DNA of 64,000 nt from the human T2T-CHM13v2.0 reference genome, Homo sapiens. A program made the translations under genes and the position numbers. Positions 51,881-64,000 of the stretch are shown here, in pieces (within the stretch, counting starts at the first letter, position 1; each line of letters starts with the position of its first letter). Location of the stretch: NCBI RefSeq assembly GCF_009914755.1, contig NC_060930.1, one strand, 5' to 3'. The notes below the pieces were generated by a model. It had not been told where the DNA came from. It worked only from the letters and a program-made list of their open reading frames with translations, and ran no database searches.

Positions 51881-52099
51881 TTTTAATTTTCTTGGTGCAA
51901 ATGCTTTTCCACATCATCGATATTTCCTTATTGGCAATATAAGCTTTGGTATGATCTATTTCTAGAGGCATCAGATTTCTTTCATTTCACTCATGTATTC
52001 AACACGTATTTAGTGGTTGCCATGAAGCCCATAACTTGCAGACAACTTGAGAGTAGTGTTTTTAAAACCTGGGCAGACCCCTTGTTGCTGAGAACTAAA

Positions 52100-52412
52100 C
52101 TAGCAGTGGTTCTCCACCTGGCTGCACATTAGACCCTCCTGGGGAACTATAAACAAACGAAAAAGGAAAAAAAACAAAACTTAAAAAAAAAAAAAACCTG
52201 AAGACCAGGCCTGGGGTGATGGACTGTCCCAGTTTGCCCTGGGCTAAAGGGTTTCCCGGAATGTGGGACTTTCAGTACTAAAATAGGGATGCTGGATACC
52301 CATCCCCAAGGCCACATAAATCAGAGTCCCTAGAACGGTTGTGGCTGTGCACAGGGCTGGTTTGAAAGCTTCCCCAGGTGATTCTAATGTGCACCCAAGG
52401 GTTGAGAACCAG
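52100..52412. mobile_element. MER5A interrupted by a MER81-like MITE (about 52213-52300)
   Basis: agcagtggttctc...ccaggtgattctaatgtgca...gttgagaacca; insert ggggtga...gtcccagtttgcc...gggtttcccgga..gggactttcagt.ctaaaa. Confidence 0.7.
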
Positions 52413-53569
52413 CGAGCCTGCTAGAACCTCAGGCCTGTAATCCTCCCTGTGCCTGGAGGTAAAAGTGAGACAAAAGGTCCACCAGGGCTGGTTGGAGCTA
52501 AGGTGAAGAGAAGGGGGATAAGCAAACTGGCCGCATCCAGTATTCCTCTATTTTTTTTTTTTTTAACTCATTTCTCTTTTTAAAAGATCAGGAATCTGAT
52601 ATACTGGAGTATCGGCAGCCAGGACTGTGAGATCCAGAAGGGTGTGAACTAGGTGAGGGAGAAGCAATGAACAGGCAGTGTAATGCTCTGAGCCCACGCA
52701 CCTGCAAGCCTGACCCAGCACTTGAGCTCAGCAGAACCAACGCGGAGCTTCTGTGTTTAACCTCCTGAGTGCTTGCAGGCTCTTGGATGACACAATGTCA
52801 CCTATCACACGGCCTTGTTTTCTTGTTACTTTTCTAGGGGTTATCAGCGGCCTCACATGCCCTACTCCCATAGACTCAAAAGTTCTGTTCATGTCCTGCA
52901 ATTTTTTCCTGCAGTATTGCTATGGACCTTATTCTGACCCTTGGTTGTCATTGTGATGTGGTTTGTTGAGGTTCTCAAAAACAAGAAGGACCCAAAAAGC
53001 AAGAGGGTCTCAATCTGTGTCCTAAGTGATAGATGCAACTGTACTGCCTGAAAGGCAGGGCCTGGTGTTCATAGTTAAAATTTTGATGTTTCAAGAAAAA
53101 TACAAGAATGGGTGACTTGAAAAAGGCTAACAAGTTAAATCTCAGTTGCATTAGCCTGCCCTTCCAGGAAGTGGCTAGTTTTACTTTTTTTAGCCCACCA
53201 TTGGCAGGGATTGTAACCACAGCTATTGCCCATGTGGGGCAGGAAGTCATCTGATAGGAATTGAGTACTGTGCATGTGTCCAGCATTGTGTGTTAAGAAA
53301 ACACCTTCCTAGACACTCTGAGTCAATCCCCATAGTTTTAGGATGTGGGGGTCATGCTCCATTTCCCAGGTAAGGAATTTGAGCATTTGAAAAGGCTGGC
53401 TTTTAGTTAGTAAGTTGCAGAGCCAGGACTTGGAACCAAGGTTTTATGACAAATAGGACTCTTCTGCCTGTTCAGACTCCAAATTAAATGTTCTTACCTC
53501 TGAAGCATCCCCACTGAAACCATCGGGCAAGAGGCAGAGAATGTGAGCGTTGCCTTTTCCCCCGAGTAA

Positions 53570-53830
<261 letters not shown>

Positions 53831-55131
53831 TAACATCTAGAAATTAAAATGTAAAAAGTATTTGGGGACTATCTCTAAAGTGTTCTTTTTTTGGCAATTT
53901 TCTAAGGGATCATTCAGGCATGTGAGAAGAAGAATCAAAAGACTTGGAAATACTGCTTTTCTCCCATCATTTTCCCTTCATGCCTCATCTTTGGTTTATC
54001 ATTTCTTACAGTACGTGTCTGGCCAATTACAGACTAGGAAACCAGTTAATGTTTTAAGAAAGTCTCTACCCACATAGAGTGTTGAGTGTTGTACTATTAT
54101 CAGCAAATATGAGCTGGTGCCATTTACAGGGGAGGTCCTCTAATGCCCCATGCCCAGCATCTATAGTGAGCAGGTCCTACTGATGACTGAGGCGTCCTTG
54201 GGATGAGCTGACCGGAAAGGTCACATGGGTATCGCTTCTTCACAAAGAAGCTGTATTTCCTTTATAAATCCCCTGCCTTAGCCACGTTGGCTAAATAAAT
54301 AAATAAATCTGAGGCTTCTTTCTAAAGTGTCCTCAGGTGAGGGTCTCCCTGTTTGGGGTAGACTCATCTAATGCTCTGAACCTCAGCTTTGAGCTTGGTT
54401 CCGTCTTAATGCAGGGGAGAAAAGTATGCCAAGTGGCCAGTGTTCTCCAGACAGAGCTAGGATGGAAATGGCAAGAAAACACTGCAGGCAGCTTTTTGTC
54501 TCCAGTTCTTTATTGTCTTTGTGGGAACAGGGTTCTGCCTGTTGTGCTTACTGAGCATCCTGCCCCTGAGTTTTTCTTCATACCCTTTTTTTGCTCCCAG
54601 TGATTGCTTCCTTATGAGCTCCCCTACTACATAGCTCCATATAGGATATTGGGGTCCAACTGAAGTGGGATACTCCTTGAACTTCAGGGGGTACGTGTAA
54701 TCTTAAGATTTGACAACCCCCCTGCTGCCCTGTCCTTTCATCCATGAGGGATCTATGCTGGGAAGGGCTCATTTCCAAAGCAATGCTGTTGGTCTTAAGT
54801 CAGTATACTACTGACCTTTTGGGTTGTAGGGAGGCTAGGGTCCCTGGATCCTCCTCAAGCACAGGTAAGCAGAGCCTGCCTTAGCTCTTGGAAAGGTCTC
54901 ATGGGGAGCAGACGTCTAGTTTCATAAACGTGGAAGCAGTGATTCTGTGACCACGTGGTTGTTCTGCACAGGCAGAAAGGGAGCAGGGCTGCCCACAGCA
55001 GCAAAGAATGGCGAGCCTTGGGGTGGAGCATCTATGTTAAAAGAGCTGCTTATGATTCCCTAAAGAGTACATGATAGTCTGCTAGCTTTTAAATAACATT
55101 TTCTTTCTACTTTTCTCTATTTGTTTTGTAA

Positions 55132-55590
<459 letters not shown>

Positions 55591-55608
55591 TAGTAAAGAA
55601 GCAAGGGA

Positions 55609-56243
55609 GGCCGGGTGCAGTGGCTCACATCCCAGTACTTTGGGAAGCCAAGGCAGGAGGATCACTTGAGGCTAGGAGTTCAAGACCAGCCCGGGCAACA
55701 TAGCGAGACCCTGTCTCTACAAAAAATTTTTTTAAAAATTTGGCCGGCCGTGGTGGCTCATGCCTGTAATTCCAGCACTTTGGGAGACTAAGGTGGGTGG
55801 ATCACTTCGAGTTCAGGAGTTCAAGACCGGCCTGGCCAACATGGTGAAACCCTGTCTCTACCAAAAATACAAAAATTAGCCAGGCGTGGTGGCGTGCACC
55901 TGCAATCTCAGCTACTCAGGAAGCTGAGGCAGGAGAATTGCCTGAACCCAGGAGGCAGAGGTTGCAGTGAACCGAGATCATGCTACTGTACTACAACCTG
56001 GGCAACAGAGCAAGACTACATCTCAAAATAAATAAATAATAAGTTAATTAAATTTAAAAATTGGGCAGAGTGGCATGTGCCTGTAGTTCCAGCTACTCAG
56101 GAGGCTGAGGCAGGTGGATTGTTTGAGCCTAGGAGTTTGAAGCTGTGGTGAGTGAGCCATGATCTTGCCACTGCACACCAGTCTGGGCAACAGAATGAGA
56201 CCCCGTCTCTTTAAAGGAAAAAAAAAAAAAACAAAAAAAAAAA
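55609..56243 (+). mobile_element. AluJ split by an AluS (55742-56045) inserted in its A-rich linker
   Basis: Left arm, complete dimer, then right arm. Confidence 0.9.
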
Positions 56244-56589
56244 CCCACCAAGCAAGCATAGGAATTAGAAGTCTTATAACTCCCTAAGTTCTGTTCCTTG
56301 CACTGCCACTTACTTACACTTGAGCTGATAGTCTTTCATTCCCATAAAATTGGGCATATAATCTGTAGAGAGTGCCATGCAATGGGGTTTTGAAATAAAG
56401 CTGTGAATATTACCGTCTTCCTTAGAAATGTGCACAATTTCCAGCAGTCATTGGATTTGAAAATTAGATTGTCTTGGTATTTATTGACACCTATGTGGTA
56501 CATTGTTTCACTTTTCTTTGTTGGAGTGCATAAATCTTAACTAAAAAAAAAAAAATTAGATTGTGGTGTAGATTAAAAATACCATGGAA

Positions 56590-56990
56590 TGGTGGTTTCT
56601 GACCCTGGCTGCATATGAGAATCAACAGGGGAATTAAGAATACTGTTCCTGGATCCCACCCCAGTTGAAAGAGTCAGAACCTCTGGGGGTGAGGTCCAGG
56701 CAATGGTGTTTTTAAAAAGCTCTCTGTCTGAGTATACAGCCACTGACCTAATCAAGTAGCACGGCCTCCCCAGTGGGGTGCTAGATCATCAGGTGACCCC
56801 TGCATAGCCCCCACCAACCAGTGCCTTTCAACCTTGGCAGCGTGTCACGGCACTTGAGAGCTTTAAAAAGTCCCCCTGCCCAGCCCACATGGTAGACCAA
56901 TGAATTCAGCATCTCTGAGAGTGGGACCCAGGCATCATCATTTTTTAAAGCTCTGAAGCTTATTCCAATATTCAGCCAAGGGGAAAGCAC
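56590..56990. mobile_element. Two MER5-type fragments
   Basis: ccctggctgcatatgagaatca...tttttaaaaagctc; gagagtgggacccaggcatc...tttttaaagctc. Confidence 0.65.
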
Positions 56991-57852
56991 TGTGCAGAGC
57001 TTCCCTTCAATACACATAGCTAAGTGACTCAGAAATGAAATAAAAATTTTCCCACCCCTCACAAAGATGGCTGAATGTTCATGCTACCCAGGAAAAAAGT
57101 ATCAGGCGCTTTGCCTGATCACCTGATAGGAGAAAGAATGAATTGTTTCACTTCTCCTATATTTGTCTGGTTTATTTATATCATTGTGTTTGGAAAATGA
57201 CAGCATTTGCATTTGGAATTGGCCCACTAAGCTGCAGTTGTCTTTATCCTCCTTTCATAGTTGATTTTGTGAAAGCATATTTCTTGTATAAAGATAATAT
57301 GAACATTTATTTATAGGCTATCTGTAAGATGTAGAAAACAGTTGGTCTTGAGTGAACACTGGTTCTTGGTGTTTCCACCCGCACAAAGCATATCCTGAGC
57401 CTGCAGATGGATTGAGTCCCAGTGGCCCCTTCAGATCTACCCGCTGTAGCTGCAGGCTGGCCTGTCACCTCTCCGGTGCTTGCAGAAGTAGCCATCTTCA
57501 CGGCTTCTCCTGCTCAATCCAGCACTCAGACACCAAGCAGTTTTCTGACCTCTGACCTCCCTGGGTAAAAGAACAGAGCCAAAAGTGGAATGACTAGCCT
57601 GCCTGCCCCAGGCCTCCTGCCTGTCCTCCTGTCCTCGTGAGGCTTCAGGTCCCACCATTCTCAACAACCCAGGCCAGCATTACTTTGCCCCTGCGTTTAA
57701 TCCTGCTGCGTGATTTCAGGTATCCTCACTCAGAAAGAAAGGTGATATTGGTGCCGAGGTCACTTAGTTCCAAGACCTCTTTAAGTAGAGCCTCATAACG
57801 CTTTAACAAAGGGCCCCATTTCAGTCTCAGGCAAATCTCAGTTTGACTTTGA

Positions 57853-58044
<192 letters not shown>

Positions 58045-59217
58045 TGAGTTGCAACATTGCTTTCTAAAGTGGTTCCCACCCCTTTCCAGAATGGGATGTG
58101 TACTAAACCCCTGCAGACCCCCAGGCCCAGCGCACTCTGGAAGACGGGGGATCTCTGCTGGAACCACAGCCCCCAGGGCCATTGGGGTGGACTTGAAGGG
58201 TACCCCTGCTCTGAGCAGCCCCAGGAGTTGACAAGCCTTGGGGCCTGCTTTTAGCTGCCTGACTGCAGTGAACACAACCTGGCATGAAAAAGAACTCAGG
58301 GATGTCCAGTTAAACTGACGAGTGGATGTTACCCAAAGTGAGTTCCAAGCTGTAAATGCATGTGATGCTCAGAAAAATGGCCACATGGCCCTCAGTTTAG
58401 TCAGCTTCAAAATTCTAAAGCAACTCCTTTCTCTTCCACTTTGCCTGACCTCACTGTTTCCCTTTCCCTCTCCCCCTCTCACTGTGTGTCCTGCAGATCC
58501 TAGAGCAGGCACCAGCTCAGGTGCGCTTTCTTCTTCGAGGCTGTCCTGCGGTCTCTGCCCCTCTGAATGGTTCAGCAGGGCCTGGAGGGTGCAACAGCTG
58601 CTGTGTGGAGGTTTTTTTGAGGGGTGTGTGGTCTGGGACTGCTGAAGCTGGCACAAGGCTCTTCAGCTTCCTTGGCTCCTGTATCTAGCTCCCCTCTTTC
58701 TCCTCCTGCCTTCTTTTAGCTCTACAACCAGTACTGGGGGTGCAGTTCCATGATGCCTTGAATATCTTCCTTTTGCTATCAACTCCTGGGTTTTGGCTTC
58801 ATCTCCTGAGAACCTACATTATGGCCATAACTCGTAGTTGCTTTTCATATTCAACTTCCTGAATCTCTCTGGCCAGCCCTGATCTGCTCCTCCGGCGTCT
58901 TCCCACTGTTTTCCAGGGGAGATTAATCACTGGGCTGGGCCTCAGATCCTCTGTGGTGTTTCCCCAACTGAAACATTCCCCCTGGATGCTGTCTGAGTGC
59001 TACGTTCCCTCCCCTCTTTGCAGGGAAGCACTCCTTGGTGGGTGGTACCCAGGCCTTGGCCTCCTAAAGCACTTCTTGCCCCCTTGGTCTGCCCTTGCCC
59101 TCTGGTGTCATATATTTTACTTAGCGTGTCTTCCAGTGTGACCCACCTCCCTCACTGGAGGGTCTGAGGCTGATGACCAGGGCCATATCACATAGGTGGC
59201 CATGTTTTGCCACGTAG

Positions 59218-59541
<324 letters not shown>

Positions 59542-61188
59542 TAGGCATGCATGGGGGCCCAGGATGACGGGAGTCAAAGGCATCAAGTCCAGCTCTTCGT
59601 GTTCATGCCTGGGCCGCCTCATCTTCTCCCTGTGGCTGGATCTTTGTCACGGCCAGCTGCCTAGGTCATAGTTTCCCAGCTACTCAGCCAAGGAAGAAGT
59701 TCCAGTTTAAGACATCGCAGGACAGGGCCATGATTGCAGAGTTTAGGCCAAATGCCCATCCCTGAAGAAGTGGGACAGGGACTTTAAGAAGAGAAGTGGC
59801 ATTCCCCAGAGAAAGGCAGGAGGGAGGGGACGATTCTGGGCAGATAGTCGCCTGCCGGAGATAGTTAAGTACAGTCTAGTTTTCTTTCCTCTTTTACTGA
59901 CTAATGGTATTTTAACCATCATTTAATTTTTTTTAAAATGGTGGCTGATACTTTAGTTGAGGTTGACATTATCTAAGTAACAATAAAGAAATGTCATAAT
60001 AATTTATAAGCTATTTATAATTCTAGCCCCCTGAAACAACTGTTTTTGTTTCATCCACAAAATAGATGAAACAGACACATAATTTTTACATAATTGTGCT
60101 TACAATGTATATACCCTTTTGTATTTCTTCCTTTTATCCTATTATAAAACAATGTTCTGCAGTCTTCATAATTATTCATTATAATGGAGGCATAATATTA
60201 TTTTTGTTGCTATTAATAGTTTATTAAGCCATTTCCTTAATGTTGGACATTTAGGTTATTTCCAGATTGGCACTATTCTGTATTACATTACAGCAAACAC
60301 TGATTGGCTTTCCATCTTATTCTGCAAGAAGAAGATAAAGTCTCAGGGAGTCAAAGGAAGATTTTGAACACAACCCTGCTGCAAAATAACCCGACAACAG
60401 CCCAGGGTTTGGGATGGCCTTTATTTTGTTTAAGTTTTTAAAACGTGCCTAATATAACTAGTAGTTTCTGGAAATGGTTAAGATTTTTGTCTTTTGCAAA
60501 ATTGATCACCTTCTTGTGCATGGAGCTGGTCCTTCTCAGTGGTCTCTGGAAGGCCACAGAGCTCCCGACAAAAGAAAGTCAGTAGGAAAAGCTGCGGGGT
60601 TTCCACCTCTAGCAGCTTTTATCGTAAGTGGAATCACATCCATGAATCCTGATAGAAAAATGCTAGTCTCTCATGGATCTAAAAGTATGAAGTGCTGTAT
60701 AAACGTCAGAACCCATCACATTTCTCTGGCAATTTCAGTATGTGGTAATTTAATGGACAGCCAGCCCCACCCTCAGCCATACAAAGATCAAGTCTTACAG
60801 GGTTGGAGGGTTCCCCAGGCATAGAAAGATTGACGGATCTTTAATCCACCTGTCATTTGTCTTCCAGAGCCCAAGGATCTTCACTTAAAGGGCAAAGAGC
60901 CTTACTGTGGACCATTTCCCTGTGCAGTTCTTTTTTGTTTCCACTTAAAACAAAAAAAGACTTAAGCAGGTTTCTCCATGCTTACATCGAATAACAAATA
61001 AGTTGGATGGCATGCTATGAAAGTTTATTTTATGCATAATTGTATATGCTGAGGCTTTTTCTCAACACAAACAAGGAACTTTAGGCATAAGATGTTACGC
61101 ATACTGTTCTCTTGATCTGTGGTTACAGAAATAGCATTAGTATTTGCTTTGCCTGAAAAGAGAAAATCCCCTTGCCTTAGGCCCGTAG

Positions 61189-61533
<345 letters not shown>

Positions 61534-62164
61534 TAGGATACTACTTTTGGAGGCCTGAAGGTCAATATTCCCTCACTTCTGTGGACTGGAAAAGATTAAT
61601 GACATCCCATTTCGTAGATGGTCTGGTTTGCTGAGAAAGGCTGGAAGCCATGCAAAGTTATTTTCACTGACTAATGATATGGTGAATGGAGGGAATTTTG
61701 CTGATTCTTATTTTGGGTTTGGGTGACCTCTGAGTGTCACTTGTCATTTTGATTGGTGTGGTTCACGAACGCTCTGAAAGTACATTTTAGGCTGATCCTG
61801 GTGCTGTATTAAGAGTCCATACATCAGGTGAGCAATGGGTATAGTCACTGTCTTTCACCATACTTGATTTCCTGGTGAATCTGAATTTAGCTTTAGAAAT
61901 GACTCGGGGAAGTGGTTCTCAGACTTCTTGGTCTAAGGACTCTTTTACATTTTTAACTATTACGGACCAGAGATTGAAGGTTTCCATCAACTCAAAGATC
62001 TGTATTCTGTTAAACACCCCCTGCCAATTAAGCCACCTGAAGGCAGGTAGGGAAGCACCTGACAGTGACTGACAGTCCACTGCATGCCAGCCACCTATTT
62101 TTTCTTGGTGAATCCCAATGACTCCCCGTTTTTCTTTCTTTTTCTTTTTTAAAAATAAAGACGA

Positions 62165-62508
<344 letters not shown>

Positions 62509-62924
62509 TTAAACTCCTGCCCTCAAGCAGTCCTCCCACTTTGGCTTCCCGGAGTGTTGGGATTATAGGCATGAGCCACTGCGCCTGACCCGTTTTTACA
62601 TTTGAGAAGACAGAGCGCAGAGAGGTCAAATCACTTGCCCAGAGACCCTATAGCCAGTAGCTACTGGGTTCAAACTGAGATCTGTTCTGACCCACCTATG
62701 TTTTTCTGTGTCCATTCTGTCACTCTGCACTGTAAGAGGCAGAGTAAATGCTTCCTTTTGGGGAAGAGATAACTGTCCCGTGGTTGGTACTATGGCTCAT
62801 AGATACACTTTAATAATATTTTGAATCAAATTGATGTGACTTGGACACAGTTTGGCCAAGGGAACATCTGCTGGGCTAGCTCAAGTCCAGTGTACCAAGA
62901 TGGAGAGTGAGACTGTGCCTCACA

Positions 62925-63030
62925 CGGGGCTGCTGCGTTGCACAACTCCAGGAGACGCCATTCATATCCTAGTTTATGTGAATGGCACTCCCTGGAGCAC
63001 AGTCTCTGTGCATGTAGTTGGCAGTCCCGG
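62925..63030. mobile_element. MER91-like palindromic MITE (hAT-Tip100)
   Basis: gggctgc...gcacaactccagg..gccattcatat...atgtgaatggc..cctggag...ggcagtccc. Confidence 0.65.
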
Positions 63031-63200
63031 CCCAGCATCAGTGTCTGTAGTTATTATCATCATAGACTTTAAGCTTCTTGAGGTCAGGGATAATATCCTA
63101 CCTGTCTCCGAGTCCCCGTGGTGCCCAGGACAAGACCTAGGAGGATGGTAGGTGGTCCAGAGGTGCTTGCTTGATGTGAACACCTGCTCTCACCCTCTAA

Positions 63201-63912
<712 letters not shown>

Positions 63913-64000
63913 CACAGGCCACTTCCATTGAGGGAGGGGAGCAAGGCTATGCTAGCCTGTATGGCTCCCTTATATGAATTAGAAAAAGATGTCCCCTGGG

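Overview
This is primate (almost certainly human, 6q15) genomic DNA from the 5' half of ANKRD6 (Diversin), an ankyrin-repeat scaffold of Wnt/PCP-JNK signalling, on the + strand. I recognise the gene from the translated exons. Nine canonical coding exons can be placed by GT-AG boundaries: 8371-8490, six consecutive 99-nt exons, 78 nt and 105 nt. They encode residues 1-299, every junction is phase 0, and the gene continues past the window. Exon numbers below assume one upstream non-coding exon, so the ATG exon is 'exon 2'. The introns hold about 35 Alus plus old L1, L2, MIR, MLT1/ERV LTRs and hAT DNA-transposon relics. Repeat families were called by eye, so subfamilies and ends are approximate. 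Most long ORFs in the supplied track are Alu-derived or intron read-through. The best candidate for something under-described is a hidden exon in intron 3 (39481-39819). It has its own AUG and a 98-codon frame ending at a phase-0 donor, so it would splice in frame to exon 4 and replace ankyrin repeats 1-2. The new N-terminus carries a LEWD (W-acidic, kinesin-light-chain-binding type) motif and a basic cluster. Nearby are a competing donor, CCAAT boxes and duplicated poly(A) signals. Other points of note: uORFs ahead of a weak main AUG, a 58-bp templated insertion inside an Alu, a near-perfect CTCF site within an old L1, and a MER91-type pre-miRNA-like hairpin. There are no prokaryotic features.
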